Assembly: GCA_043768765.1 (NCBI GenBank)
Contig: JAYVKC010000002.1
Span: forward strand, 18,206-82,205
Direction of reading: 5' to 3'
Source of the DNA: Hyphomicrobiales bacterium
Lineage (GTDB): Bacteria; Pseudomonadota; Alphaproteobacteria; Rhizobiales; Aestuariivirgaceae
DNA length: 64,000 nucleotides
The position numbers were made by a program, and so were the translations under genes. Below are positions 41,345 to 51,837 of this stretch, piece after piece (position 1 is the first letter of the stretch; every line of letters begins with the position of its first letter). The notes under the pieces were generated by a model. The model was not told the DNA's origin. It was given only the letters and a program-made list of their open reading frames with translations, and did not search any database.

Positions 41345-42511
41345 ATGGCCAAGCGCGACTACTATGACATTCTGGGTGTGCAAAAAGGTGCCGATGAAAA
41401 GGTGCTGAAAACCGCGTATCGCAACCTGGCCAAAAAGTTTCACCCCGATGCCAACCATGGCAGCAAGGAAACCGATGCCAAGTTCAAGGAGCTGAACGAG
41501 GCCTATGACGTTCTGAAAGACCCGCAAAAAAAGGCAGCCTACGACCGTTTTGGCCATCAGGCCTTTGAGAACGGTGCGGGCGGCAGGCCCGGCGGTGGTG
41601 CCGGCTTTGGACCGGACTTCAATTCATCCATGTCCGACATTTTTGAAGATTTGTTCGGCGATTTTGTGGGCGGTGGCCGCGGCCGCCAACAACGGGGCCG
41701 TGGCGGCCAAGGTGGAAGTGGAGCCCAACGCGGCTCTGATCTGCGCTTCAATCTCGAGATCAATTTGACTGAGGCGTATTCCGGAAAAACCGCGGCTGTG
41801 CGGGTGCCGTCGTCGCAGGCGTGCGATACCTGCAAAGGCTCCGGTGCAAAGCCCGGGACACAACCCAAAACCTGCGGCACCTGCAATGGTGCTGGCGCTG
41901 TGCGCTCGCAATCCGGCTTTTTCACTGTGGAACGTGCCTGCCCAACCTGCCAGGGCCGGGGCCAGGTGATTGCCGATCCGTGCAGCGCTTGCTCGGGCCA
42001 GGGCCGCGTGAACAAGGAACGCAATCTGTCCGTCAATATTCCGGCGGGTGTTGAAGATGGCACGCGCATCCGGCTGGCGGGTGAAGGCGAAGCGGGCTTG
42101 CGCGGCGGACCAACGGGAGACCTCTATATTTTTCTCAGCCTGCGCCCGCATGAATTTTTCCAGCGCGATGGCGCAGACCTGTTTTGCAAAGTACCGATCT
42201 CGATGACGGTGGCATCGCTCGGCGGTGAAATTGAAGTGCCCACCATCGACGGCAAGAAAGCCCGCGTCACTGTTCCCGAGGGCACGCAAAACGCCAAGCA
42301 GTTCCGCCTGAAATCCAAAGGCATGCCGGTGCTCAGGTCATCGCAGCATGGCGACATGTACATCCAGGTGAGTGTCGAAACGCCAGTGAACCTGACTCGG
42401 CGGCAACGCGAGCTGTTGAAAGAGTTCGACACTGAAGCGCGCAACAACTCGCCCGAAAGCGAGGGGTTCTTTGCCAAGGCCAAGGCGTTCTGGGATGGAT
42501 TTGGGGTGTAG
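41345..42511 (+). CDS. dnaJ: Molecular chaperone DnaJ
   Basis: 388 aa. J-domain HPD motif (FHPDAN). Gly-rich linker. Four CxxCxGxG zinc-finger repeats. Confidence 0.95.
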   Translation: MAKRDYYDILGVQKGADEKVLKTAYRNLAKKFHPDANHGSKETDAKFKELNEAYDVLKDPQKKAAYDRFGHQAFENGAGGRPGGGAGFGPDFNSSMSDIFEDLFGDFVGGGRGRQQRGRGGQGGSGAQRGSDLRFNLEINLTEAYSGKTAAVRVPSSQACDTCKGSGAKPGTQPKTCGTCNGAGAVRSQSGFFTVERACPTCQGRGQVIADPCSACSGQGRVNKERNLSVNIPAGVEDGTRIRLAGEGEAGLRGGPTGDLYIFLSLRPHEFFQRDGADLFCKVPISMTVASLGGEIEVPTIDGKKARVTVPEGTQNAKQFRLKSKGMPVLRSSQHGDMYIQVSVETPVNLTRRQRELLKEFDTEARNNSPESEGFFAKAKAFWDGFGV

Positions 42512-42835
42512 GCCTGATTTAGACTCTGATCTGTTTTGAATGATCCACAGTCCTCCCCCGTCATGGCTCGCTTCAAGCGGGCCGTGAAAATTCAGGCCAA
42601 TGAAGGATTTCGGTGCCCTGCCCTTCGGTTCGAATGTTGCGCGCCATCGCCTGTCCCAAGTCTTCCACGCGAACCCCTCGATACTTCTTCAGCGGTCCCA
42701 GCAAGACGGGTGACAGCACCAGTTGCGCCCATCAGGGCCACACGCAATTTTGGCGTTTTGGTCATTCCGGTTTTCCAACCAACATCAGGTCATTCCTGCT
42801 TCCCAAGTCCATACACCATTGCTAAGACGCCGCCC

Positions 42836-43642
42836 ATGACATTGAAAATCGCCATCGCCGGAGCTGCCGGACGCATGGGCCGCGAACTGGCCAGAGTTGT
42901 GCACGCGACTGAGGGCTGCATCCTGGCGGGAGGCATCGAAGCTGCCGGATCACCTTTCATCGGCACGGATTATGGTTCCCTCATTGGCGTCGACGAACTC
43001 GGTGTAAAAATTTCTTCGGATGCGGAAGCTGTGCTGGCAAAGGCAGACGGCGTTGTTGACTTCACCGTTCCGCAAGCCACGCTGGCCTTGGTGGAACTCT
43101 CCGCCCGCCTCACCAAAATCCATGTCATCGGCACAACCGGCATTGACCCTGCAGGCGACGTGGCCATCAGCCGCGCGGCACAGCAAACGCGCATCGTGAA
43201 ATCCGGCAACTACAGCCTGGGGATCAATGTTTTGCAGGGCCTGGTGAAAAAAGTTGCGTCAGTTCTGGGTGACGAATTTGATATTGAGGTGCTGGAAATG
43301 CATCACAGGCACAAGATTGACGCTCCGTCAGGCACGGCCCTGATGCTGGGCCAAGCCGCTGCAGATGGCCGCCAGGCCAACCTCAAAGAAAAATCCGTGC
43401 GCGTTCGTGATGGCCACACGGGTGTGCGCAAAGCAGGTGACATTGGATTTGCCACTTTGCGCGGCGGTGCCGTCATTGGTGACCACACCGTGATGTTCGC
43501 GAGCGATGCCGAGCGCATTGAACTGACGCACAAGGCGCAAAGCCGCGACATGTTTGCGCGCGGTGCCGTGCGGGCAGCGCTATGGGCGCAAAATCAAAGG
43601 CCCGGGCTCTATGACATGCAAGATGTATTGGGATTGAAATAA
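42836..43642 (+). CDS. dapB: 4-hydroxy-tetrahydrodipicolinate reductase
   Basis: About 268 aa from [18 protein letters not shown] (NAD(P)-binding). [15 protein letters not shown] motif. Located within the longer ORF from 42536. Confidence 0.9.
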   Translation: MTLKIAIAGAAGRMGRELARVVHATEGCILAGGIEAAGSPFIGTDYGSLIGVDELGVKISSDAEAVLAKADGVVDFTVPQATLALVELSARLTKIHVIGTTGIDPAGDVAISRAAQQTRIVKSGNYSLGINVLQGLVKKVASVLGDEFDIEVLEMHHRHKIDAPSGTALMLGQAAADGRQANLKEKSVRVRDGHTGVRKAGDIGFATLRGGAVIGDHTVMFASDAERIELTHKAQSRDMFARGAVRAALWAQNQRPGLYDMQDVLGLK

Positions 43643-43643
43643 A

Positions 43644-44264
43644 ATGAGTGGAACCCTCGTCCTCGTGCGGCACGGACAAAGCGACTGGAATTTGAAGAAC
43701 CTTTTTACCGGCTGGAAAGATCCCGATCTCTCACCCCAAGGTGTTGAAGAGGCGAAAGCCGCAGGCCAGCGCCTGAAGGAGAAAGGCTTGAGGTTTGATA
43801 TGTGCTTTACGTCGGCACTCACCCGCGCCCAGCACACATTGCAATTGATCCTCACGGAACTCACTCAAACCGGACTGCCCGAAACACGGGACCAGGCTTT
43901 GAATGAACGTGATTATGGCGAGTTGACCGGCCTCAACAAGGACGACGCCCGCAAAAAGTGGGGCGAAGAACAGGTGTTGATCTGGCGGCGGTCCTTCGAT
44001 GTGCCGCCGCCTGGCGGGGAGTCATTGAAGGACACGCTGGCGCGTTCACTGCCCTACTACTTGCATCACATCCAGCCCCATGTGCTCGAGGGCAAAACCG
44101 TGCTGGTGGCAGCACACGGCAATTCCCTGCGCTCCTTGATCATGGCGATTGAGGGCATGACACCGGCGCAAATCCTGAAACGCGAACTCGAAACGGGAAT
44201 CCCTGTGGTTTACAAACTCCGGGCGAATTCACTGCCGGTTTCGGTGGACGTTCTCTCAGGCTGA
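43644..44264 (+). CDS. gpmA: 2,3-bisphosphoglycerate-dependent phosphoglycerate mutase
   Basis: 206 aa. [20 protein letters not shown] catalytic His motif. Confidence 0.9.
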   Translation: MSGTLVLVRHGQSDWNLKNLFTGWKDPDLSPQGVEEAKAAGQRLKEKGLRFDMCFTSALTRAQHTLQLILTELTQTGLPETRDQALNERDYGELTGLNKDDARKKWGEEQVLIWRRSFDVPPPGGESLKDTLARSLPYYLHHIQPHVLEGKTVLVAAHGNSLRSLIMAIEGMTPAQILKRELETGIPVVYKLRANSLPVSVDVLSG

Positions 44265-45104
44265 AAGCCGCCCTGCCTCCCACCCCAATATTGCCCGCTT
44301 GCGCGTCAGGCCCCAGTGGTAGCCCGTGAGGTCACCGGATTTTCCGATAACCCGGTGGCAGGGCACAACAAACGAAATGGGATTCTTGCCTACCGCAGCA
44401 CCGATGGCCCGCGCCGCCTTGGGCTTGCCGATGTTGGCAGCGATATCACCGTAGGTGGTAAACTTGCCCATGGGAATTTTCAGGAGTGTTTCCCACACGC
44501 GGATTTCAAAATCAGTGCCGATGAACGTGATCCGCACCGGATCATTGCGCTGCCAGTGCTCGCGGGAAAAAATGCGGGCGGCAAAGGGAGCTGTCTTGGC
44601 AGAATCTTCGGCATAGCGGGCATTGGGCCAGCGCCGCACCATGTCGGCCAGCGCCTCGGCCTCTTCGCCGATGTCGCAAAACCCCATGCCGCACATGCCG
44701 TATTGCGTGACCAGCACCAGCGCCAAGCCAAAGGGCGAGGGATGATAGCCATACCAAATTTCCAGTCCTTCACCCTTGTTCTTGTAACTACCGGGCGACA
44801 TGCCTTCGTGGGTGACAAAAAGGTCATGCAATCGGCCCGGCCCGGAAAGCCCCAGTTCGAGTGACGCATCGAGGATGCTGGCAGAATCCGCCAGCATGGC
44901 CTTGGCGTGGTCCAGCGTCAGCGCCTGCAGAAAGGCTTTCGGTGTCAGCCCCGCCCACCGCGTGAACAAGCGCTGCAACCCTTCCGGATTCATCTTGGCG
45001 CGCGCCGCAATCACCTCAAGCGATGGCTGGTCGCGCCAATTTTCGGTGATGAAGGAAAGAACATCCTTCACTTTGCTGTAATCATCGAGTTGGGAATGTG
45101 TCAT
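44256..45104 (-). CDS. AraC-family HTH fused to methylated-DNA-protein-cysteine methyltransferase (Ada/Ogt-like regulator)
   Basis: About 282 aa from [12 protein letters not shown]. AraC HTH ([27 protein letters not shown]). C-terminal MGMT active site [11 protein letters not shown]. Confidence 0.75.
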   Translation of the reverse strand: MTHSQLDDYSKVKDVLSFITENWRDQPSLEVIAARAKMNPEGLQRLFTRWAGLTPKAFLQALTLDHAKAMLADSASILDASLELGLSGPGRLHDLFVTHEGMSPGSYKNKGEGLEIWYGYHPSPFGLALVLVTQYGMCGMGFCDIGEEAEALADMVRRWPNARYAEDSAKTAPFAARIFSREHWQRNDPVRITFIGTDFEIRVWETLLKIPMGKFTTYGDIAANIGKPKAARAIGAAVGKNPISFVVPCHRVIGKSGDLTGYHWGLTRKRAILGWEAGRLSA

Positions 45105-45147
45105 GGCGCAAACTAAGAGGGAGCGCTGGCAATATCCACCCGAAAAC

Positions 45148-45603
45148 CTACAAGGCCTGCCGCAGCGCCTTCGCCAAGGACTGCCGCTCTTCGGCACCGA
45201 GAAAGGATGCGATTTCGTGCGTCACGCCATGCGTGCGCAGCAGCAGCCGTCCGACCAATTCACGAAACCCGTCATACTCCAGCTCCACCCGCAGCCAGCG
45301 CCGGTTGAATGCGATGGTTTGCGACGTGCCGTCGGCAGCCATTCGCGACAAGGTCACATTGTCACCCAGGGCGGCAATGCGTTCAAATTGACCAGCATCG
45401 GCATAATTGCGCCGGAAGGCCCACCACACCAGCAGCACATCCAAGCCCAGAAAGCCGGCTATCGGCCACGCCCCTGCCACAAAAAACACCAAGCCGGCAC
45501 CCAAGCTGATGAAGGCAACAATCGCCATGACGGCGACGAAGCCTTGGCGCGACAGCGAGCGGTGCGGGGTCAGCGTGACCGTCCAGTTTTCAGACTTGCC
45601 CAT
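45148..45603 (-). CDS. DUF2244-like small integral membrane protein
   Basis: 151 aa. Two TM helices then a soluble tail. Family assignment by pattern only. Confidence 0.4.
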   Translation of the reverse strand: MGKSENWTVTLTPHRSLSRQGFVAVMAIVAFISLGAGLVFFVAGAWPIAGFLGLDVLLVWWAFRRNYADAGQFERIAALGDNVTLSRMAADGTSQTIAFNRRWLRVELEYDGFRELVGRLLLRTHGVTHEIASFLGAEERQSLAKALRQAL

Positions 45604-45653
45604 GGCCCCAGATTACGCAATCAAGAGAGCCACGGACCGTGACAGATTGAACC

Positions 45654-46307
45654 ATGCCCAGACGCCTCAAGCCGCCCGAAATCGAAGCCATGTTCAGCCG
45701 GTTCCGCACGATGAATCCGGAACCGAAAGGTGAACTCCATTCGGTCAACGCATTCACGTTTCTTGTGGCTGTGGTCCTTTCGGCCCAAGCCACTGATGAA
45801 GGTGTGAACAGGGCCACGGGGCCATTGTTTCGGATCGCTGATACGCCGGAAAAGATGCTGGCACTCGGCGTTGACGGGGTGACCGAGCATGTCAAGTCCA
45901 TTGGCCTGTTTCGCGGCAAGGCCAAAAATGTTGTTGCCCTGTCGCGGCAATTGATTGACCACCACCAAAGCCAGGTGCCGCATGACCGCGCAGCCCTTGA
46001 AGCGCTTCCGGGCGTTGGCCGGAAAACCGCCAATGTCGTTCTGAACACGGTGTTCGGCGAGCCGACCATTGCAGTGGACACGCATCTCTTTCGTTTGGGA
46101 AACCGATTGGGTTTGGCACCGGGCAAGGATGTTGCCGAAGTGGAACGGAAGCTGCTGAAAGTCATTCCGGAAACCTACCTGCGCCATGCCCACCACTGGC
46201 TCATTCTGCACGGCCGCTATGTGTGCAAGGCGCGAAAGCCGGAATGCTGGCGCTGTGCCATTGCCGACGTATGCACATTCAAGCCGAAGTCCGCGCCACC
46301 CGTTTGA
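45654..46307 (+). CDS. nth: Endonuclease III
   Basis: 217 aa. HhH-GPD motif LPGVGRKTANVVL. 4Fe-4S cluster CxxxxxxCxxCxxxxxC at the C-terminus (CKARKPECWRCAIADVC). Confidence 0.9.
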   Translation: MPRRLKPPEIEAMFSRFRTMNPEPKGELHSVNAFTFLVAVVLSAQATDEGVNRATGPLFRIADTPEKMLALGVDGVTEHVKSIGLFRGKAKNVVALSRQLIDHHQSQVPHDRAALEALPGVGRKTANVVLNTVFGEPTIAVDTHLFRLGNRLGLAPGKDVAEVERKLLKVIPETYLRHAHHWLILHGRYVCKARKPECWRCAIADVCTFKPKSAPPV

Positions 46308-46941
46308 AAATGTGCACGAAGTAGGATGTCGCAAACAATGGCACAGTGAGATTGAGCACGGGCACCAGCGACATGGCGGCAGGCAGGAAACCCGACACAA
46401 AGACCGCCATTGCATTGGTCTTGCGCAACTCCTTGGCTGCACGCGGCGGCATGAAACGCATCGCCACCATCTCGAAATACTCGCGGCTGATGAGATAGGC
46501 GTTGATGACCAGCAGCACAACAACACCGAATCCGGTGAACACCAAAGGCAACGCCAGCACATTGGCGAACAGCACCAGCACGGCAAACTGCAAAGATGTG
46601 CTGATGGCGGTCCAGCCTGAAAGCGGCACTCCCGGCTTGTCTGCCGCATAGTGCCGCGCTTCCACCTTGCCTGCCACCGTGTCGAGATAGAGCCCGGCAA
46701 AGATTGAGGTGACGGGTGCCATGAGAAAGAAAAACGCCACCAGCAATCCCAACCCCGCCCCGATGGCCATCAGCGTTTCAAGCCACGGCCATGGCACGAA
46801 GGTCAGAAACCAGAACACCGCCTGCACGGCGGCAAAGACCGCAATGAACAACAGCAGCGACAATCCGATGGCTTTCCACAGGATTGAACGGAACGATGGT
46901 GACAAGAGGTCACCCAGGGCTTTGAAAGCAGCGGAAACCAT
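46279..46941 (-). CDS. CysZ/EI24-family membrane protein (putative sulfate transporter family)
   Basis: About 220 aa, four TM segments. C-terminal ...VPVLNLTVPLFATSYFVHIF resembles the CysZ C-terminus. Confidence 0.5.
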   Translation of the reverse strand: MVSAAFKALGDLLSPSFRSILWKAIGLSLLLFIAVFAAVQAVFWFLTFVPWPWLETLMAIGAGLGLLVAFFFLMAPVTSIFAGLYLDTVAGKVEARHYAADKPGVPLSGWTAISTSLQFAVLVLFANVLALPLVFTGFGVVVLLVINAYLISREYFEMVAMRFMPPRAAKELRKTNAMAVFVSGFLPAAMSLVPVLNLTVPLFATSYFVHIFKRVARTSA

Positions 46942-47018
46942 GTTTACCCAAGTAGGATGCCAGACTTGTTTCCGCAAGCGGTCTCGGCTACTTCCCGCAC
47001 CAACTTCAAGGGGATTCC

Positions 47019-48014
47019 ATGCCAGCAGGTACCGTCGACGTTCTCACCATCGGCAACGCCATTGTCGATGTCATCGCCAAGGTCGACAATGAATTCGTGG
47101 CCCGTGAAAAACTGGTCAAGGGATCGATGAACCTGATTGACGAGGCCCGCGCCGAAGACCTCTACGGCCACATGGGGCCGGCAACCGAACGCTCCGGCGG
47201 ATCAGCAGGCAACACAGCGGCAGGGGTTGCTTCCTTCGGTGGCAAGACCGCCTACTTTGGCAAGGTCAAGGACGACCAACTGGGTGCCATCTACCGCCAC
47301 GACATGCGCTCGCTGGGTGTGGCGTTTGACAGCGTTGCGGCATTGGACGGCCCCGCCACCGCCCGTTCGTTCATACTTGTCACCCCCGATGGTGAGCGCA
47401 CCATGAACACTTATCTGGGGGCTTGCGTCAACCTGACAACGGCGGATATTGACGAAGCCATCGTCCGCGCTGCCCGTGTGACCTACATGGAAGGCTATTT
47501 GTACGACAAGCCCGATGCCATGGCGGCCTTCCGCCACGCCGCGAAAATCTCGCAAGCGGCACAGCAGTTGACCGCCATTACCTTGTCGGACTCCTTCTGT
47601 GTGGAACGCCACCGTGACGATTTTCTCGCCCTCATCCGCTCCAGTATCGACATCGTCTTTGCCAACGAGTCCGAAATCAAGTCACTCTACCAGACGCAAA
47701 ACTTCCAGGGTGCTGTCAAAGCCATCGCCAAGGATTGCGCCATCGCTGTGCTGACGCGATCGGAAAAGGGCTGTGTTGTGGTCAGGGGAAATGATGTTGT
47801 CGAAGTACCGGCCCATCCTGTGGTGCAGGTTGTTGATGTCACCGGAGCGGGTGACCTTTTCGCCGCTGGTTTTCTTTATGGCTTCACCCGCGACATGCCC
47901 CTGCGCCGCTGTGCCGAACTCGGCTCGCTGGCGGCAGCCGAGGTGATTTCCCATGTCGGCGCAAGGCCGGATGTGGATCTGCACGCCCACGCCCGCGCCG
48001 CTGGCCTGCTGTAG
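47019..48014 (+). CDS. PfkB-family carbohydrate/adenosine kinase
   Basis: 331 aa. Ribokinase-like fold with DVTGAGDLFAAGFLYG anion-hole/ATP motif. Confidence 0.8.
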   Translation: MPAGTVDVLTIGNAIVDVIAKVDNEFVAREKLVKGSMNLIDEARAEDLYGHMGPATERSGGSAGNTAAGVASFGGKTAYFGKVKDDQLGAIYRHDMRSLGVAFDSVAALDGPATARSFILVTPDGERTMNTYLGACVNLTTADIDEAIVRAARVTYMEGYLYDKPDAMAAFRHAAKISQAAQQLTAITLSDSFCVERHRDDFLALIRSSIDIVFANESEIKSLYQTQNFQGAVKAIAKDCAIAVLTRSEKGCVVVRGNDVVEVPAHPVVQVVDVTGAGDLFAAGFLYGFTRDMPLRRCAELGSLAAAEVISHVGARPDVDLHAHARAAGLL

Positions 48015-48079
48015 GCCAGCTAACTTTCTCCCGCCACATTTGAAGGTTTGGTTCCACTTCACTGTGCGAGGGAAAACAC

Positions 48080-50632
48080 ATGGCAAAATTTTACGTATCC
48101 ACCACCGGCAACGACAACGCTGACGGTCTGTCTGTGGCAACCGCCTTCAAGTCGCTGGCACAAGCTCAGACGGCGATGCGCACTTCAGCAGGTGATGACA
48201 TCACCGATGTGCGCGGTGGCGTCTACGAATTCAAAACACCGCTCACGCTGACGGCGGCTGACAATGGCAGCACGTTTCAAGCGTATCTCAAGGAAAAGCC
48301 CGTGTTGAGCGGTGGAACCGCCATTTCCAACTGGCAAAAAGGTGCCGATGGAATCTGGACCGCCAAACTGACGTCGCACACAGACTTGCAGCAGCTGACA
48401 GTCAATGGCGTCAACCAAACGGAGGCGCGCTACCCCAACGAGACACCGGACAGCCCGCTGCGCGGCGGTTGGGCGTGGTCCAGGGAATCATCCGCCATCA
48501 CCGATCACACCACACAACTCGCCTTTGACCCTGGCGATTTCAAGGCCGGACAAATTGTCAAAGGCATGAAGGTTTCGGTGCACACCGATCTGGGGTGGAG
48601 CAACAACGTTCTGACCATCGCATCTGTTGATGCCGCAAACGGCGTGATGACATTCACTTCACCGGCAGATTACGAACTGGGTCCGCGCAGCCGGTTCTTT
48701 CTGTCCGATGGCAAGGTGCATCTGGACAAGCCCGGCGAGTGGTGGTTCGACAGTGCCACGAAAACCGTGCACTTCAAGGCACCCGAAGGGTTTTCGGGCA
48801 CGGGTGCCGTTGCATCCGGCACCAACGCCATTGTCGAAATCCAGGACGCAACGGACATTACCTTCTCGGGGTTCACCTTCTCCGATGCCGTGACAGCGGC
48901 ACCCAATTCCGATTTCCAATCCGCTGGCGTCACAATATTTGACAGCACATCGATCACGCTGTCGGGCAACACCTTCCTCAACCTTGGCAAGGGAATTTTC
49001 GCGGGCGGGGCATCATCGGACCTGACAATTGCCAACAATGATTTCCGCCACATCTGGTCCGCAGGCGTCGATCTGGAGGATGGCACGCACCACAACAAGG
49101 TCACCGGAAACAGCATGCAATGGCTGGGCGAAGTGTTTGTGCCGCGCGGTGCCATCAGCATGCATGAGAGTTACGCCAACACCATCAGCGGCAACCTGAT
49201 CCGTGATGTACCGCGCGGTGCCATCATGGACGTTCACTATAATCCGCAGAACCAATCGGGTGGCCACCTCATCGAGAAAAACATCATCATTCACAGCGTG
49301 CGAGAAACACCGGATTTTGGCCCGATCTACGTGTACGCATCGCTTGATCCCGGCCACAGCGGTGACACCATCTGCTACAACCGCGTGATCGACTCACAGG
49401 GACTGGAAGCGGAAATCGGTGGATTCAGGCCGGGGCAGCAGTACAGTCATGGCATCTATATCGATGACTTTTCCAGCAACAACAGGATCTACCAGAACTT
49501 TGTGCAAGGGGCCGTGCAGGGTGGCATCTACTTCCATGGCGGCGACAACAACATCGCCCATGACAATGTGGTGATTGAAAACAAGCACAAGAGCCTGCTG
49601 TTCATGCCCATTGACGGCCAGGCGATGACGGGCAACCAGATGTACAACAACATTGTTGCCGGATATTGGAGCACAGAGTACGGCAACACCGTCGAACTTG
49701 ATCCCGCGCTCGTCGCCGGATCGAGCCTGTTCCGCAATTTCTATATCCAGTCTGCCGGTCTTTCCATGTCGTTCAACGACAAGACTTTGGCGCAATGGCA
49801 GGCGGCGGGATACGACATCGTCAGCACCGTCTCCGGCCTGTCACCGTTTGTGAACCCACACCAGGGTGATTTCTCGCTTTTGCCCGGCAGTCCACTGATC
49901 AAGGCGGGTTTCAACCCGCTTCCATGGGACCTGATGTCTACTTTCCGTGGTGGTCTTGTGGTGACGGGGACGCTGGGAAAGGATTTTCTCACGGGTGGCA
50001 AAACCAACGACATCATTGATGGCCTTGCCGGTGATGATCTTTTAGCGGGTGGTGCAGGCGCGGATGAACTGGTGGGGGGCGATGGCATTGACACCGCGAC
50101 CTATCTCTCCGCTTCGGCAGGCGTTGTGGCGTCGCTTCGCAACGTGGCGATCAACACGGGCGATGCCAAGGGCGATGTCTATGACCGCGTCAACAATCTG
50201 CAAGGTTCAGTTTACGCCGACAAGCTGCACGGCAATGATTGGGCCAACAAGTTGTGGGGCAATGCCGGAAACGACTGGATGTGGGGCGGCCTTGGCCGTG
50301 ACACACTGGTCGGTGGCGCTGGCGCTGATACATTCGTGTTCACTGCAATCAAGGAATCGACTGTGGCAGCCCGTGACATCATTGACGGCTTCTCGCTGCG
50401 GCGTGACAAGATTGATCTTCAGGCCATTGATGCGGACCCGGATACCGGCGGCAACCAGGCTTTCCGGTTTCTGGGGTCAAAGGCATTTGACGGGGCGGAT
50501 GCGGCGCTTCGCGTGATCAAAAGTGCAAACGACACCCAATTGCTTGCTGATCTCGACGGCAACGGGATCGCGGACTTTGCCATCACGATCAAGGGTGCGG
50601 TGGACCTCAGCGCGGTTGATGTGTTGCTTTAG
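48080..50632 (+). CDS. Right-handed parallel beta-helix protein with C-terminal RTX calcium-binding repeats (putative type I secreted polysaccharide-modifying enzyme/adhesin)
   Basis: 850 aa. No N-terminal signal peptide. Repeated NxxxxN beta-helix turns (NTISGN, HDNVVIEN). C-terminal GGxGxDxL/I nonapeptides (GGAGADELVGGDGIDT, GNAGNDWMWGGLGRDTLVGGAGADTFVF). Confidence 0.7.
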   Translation: MAKFYVSTTGNDNADGLSVATAFKSLAQAQTAMRTSAGDDITDVRGGVYEFKTPLTLTAADNGSTFQAYLKEKPVLSGGTAISNWQKGADGIWTAKLTSHTDLQQLTVNGVNQTEARYPNETPDSPLRGGWAWSRESSAITDHTTQLAFDPGDFKAGQIVKGMKVSVHTDLGWSNNVLTIASVDAANGVMTFTSPADYELGPRSRFFLSDGKVHLDKPGEWWFDSATKTVHFKAPEGFSGTGAVASGTNAIVEIQDATDITFSGFTFSDAVTAAPNSDFQSAGVTIFDSTSITLSGNTFLNLGKGIFAGGASSDLTIANNDFRHIWSAGVDLEDGTHHNKVTGNSMQWLGEVFVPRGAISMHESYANTISGNLIRDVPRGAIMDVHYNPQNQSGGHLIEKNIIIHSVRETPDFGPIYVYASLDPGHSGDTICYNRVIDSQGLEAEIGGFRPGQQYSHGIYIDDFSSNNRIYQNFVQGAVQGGIYFHGGDNNIAHDNVVIENKHKSLLFMPIDGQAMTGNQMYNNIVAGYWSTEYGNTVELDPALVAGSSLFRNFYIQSAGLSMSFNDKTLAQWQAAGYDIVSTVSGLSPFVNPHQGDFSLLPGSPLIKAGFNPLPWDLMSTFRGGLVVTGTLGKDFLTGGKTNDIIDGLAGDDLLAGGAGADELVGGDGIDTATYLSASAGVVASLRNVAINTGDAKGDVYDRVNNLQGSVYADKLHGNDWANKLWGNAGNDWMWGGLGRDTLVGGAGADTFVFTAIKESTVAARDIIDGFSLRRDKIDLQAIDADPDTGGNQAFRFLGSKAFDGADAALRVIKSANDTQLLADLDGNGIADFAITIKGAVDLSAVDVLL

Positions 50633-50937
50633 AAGGCGATCCGTTGCAATTGGTTGTATTTGCAATTGTTTGCCACTATTGCGCGATGTTCTCAGAATCG
50701 CGCTAGGAAACCTGTATGTTCACTTTATGTTATTATGGCACTCCATAGCCAATATCCTGAAATTCGCGTCTGGAGCGATCCTGGGGGCTTGGCGGGGCAT
50801 GTTTTCCGGTGAGGATGGGAATTTTCCTTTTTGGGCGGAGAGAGACTTTCGTACAGTTCCCGCAGTGAAAAAATAGTTCCTGACAGTTGATGCTCGTGCG
50901 CGGCCCTGCTAGGTTCGGCCCACAGAGAGGTTCACCC

Positions 50938-51837
50938 ATGTGTGGCATCGTTGGATTATACCTGAAAAATCCGAAGCTTAAGCCCAAGCTCGGCAAGATG
51001 TTCAAGCCCATGATCATCGAAATGACCAATCGCGGACCGGATTCAGCGGGCGTTGCCATCTATCGCAATCCGGTGAAAAAGACCGAGACCAAATTCTCGC
51101 TGGCCCATGACGATGCATCCTTCGACTGGAAGAAGCTGGTGGTGGCCCTCAACAAGGCGCTCAAATCCAAATCAACGATGCAGAAAATTGGCAACCACTG
51201 CATCCTCGTGACGACCGCAAAAGAAAAGGCGGTTGAAGCCTGGCTCAGCGAAAAGCATCCCAAGGTGCGCATCGTCGGTTCTGGTCATTCCATCGAAATT
51301 TTCAAGGAAGTGGGCCTGCCCGCCAATGTCTATGACAAGTTCAACCTCGATGCAGCGCAAGGCACCCACATCATCGGCCACACCAGAATGGCGACCGAAA
51401 GTGCGGTGACCACGGCCGGTTCGCATCCCTTCGCCACCGGCGCTGATCTTTGCCTCGTGCACAACGGCTCGCTTTCCAACCACAATCGCTTGCGCGAAAA
51501 CCTGCGCAAGGAAGGCATCGAATTCCAGACCGAGAACGACACCGAAGTCGCCGCCGCCTACATGACATCGAAATTGCGCAAAGGTGTTTCATTGAAACAG
51601 GCGTTGGAAGATTCGCTGAAAGACCTCGATGGATTTTTCACCTTCCTCGTCGGCACTGCCAATGGTTTTGCCGTGGTGCGCGATCCCATCGCGTGCAAAC
51701 ATGCGGTCATCGCCGAAACTGATGATTGGGTGGCGATGGCCACCGAATACCGCGCCATCGCGCATCTGCCCGGTGCCGATGACGCCAAGATTTGGGAACC
51801 CGAACCCAGCAAAGTCTATTCCTGGGGGCATGCGTGA
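50938..51837 (+). CDS. mgsA: N-methylglutamate synthase subunit A (class-II glutamine amidotransferase)
   Basis: 299 aa beginning MCGIVGL (Ntn-hydrolase Cys1). First of three genes that together reconstitute glutamate-synthase-like domains. Confidence 0.75.
   Translation: MCGIVGLYLKNPKLKPKLGKMFKPMIIEMTNRGPDSAGVAIYRNPVKKTETKFSLAHDDASFDWKKLVVALNKALKSKSTMQKIGNHCILVTTAKEKAVEAWLSEKHPKVRIVGSGHSIEIFKEVGLPANVYDKFNLDAAQGTHIIGHTRMATESAVTTAGSHPFATGADLCLVHNGSLSNHNRLRENLRKEGIEFQTENDTEVAAAYMTSKLRKGVSLKQALEDSLKDLDGFFTFLVGTANGFAVVRDPIACKHAVIAETDDWVAMATEYRAIAHLPGADDAKIWEPEPSKVYSWGHA

Noticed and set aside
42630-42660. GGTTCGAAT T-loop-like sequence suggesting a tRNA
   Set aside because: No flanking T-stem, anticodon arm or acceptor stem complementarity. 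Not a tRNA.
42613-42825. 70-aa GTG-initiated ORF in the dnaJ-dapB spacer
   Set aside because: No RBS and low-complexity translation. Retained only as part of the non-coding spacer finding.
45621-46700. 359-aa minus-strand ORF overlapping nth and the CysZ-like gene
   Set aside because: Cys/Trp/Arg-rich nonsense translation antisense to nth, which has clear HhH-GPD and Fe-S motifs.
50730-50760. TGGCAC motif upstream of mgsA as a possible sigma-54 promoter
   Set aside because: The downstream element is AGCC, not TTGC(A/T), at the required 5-nt spacing, so the -24/-12 consensus is not met.
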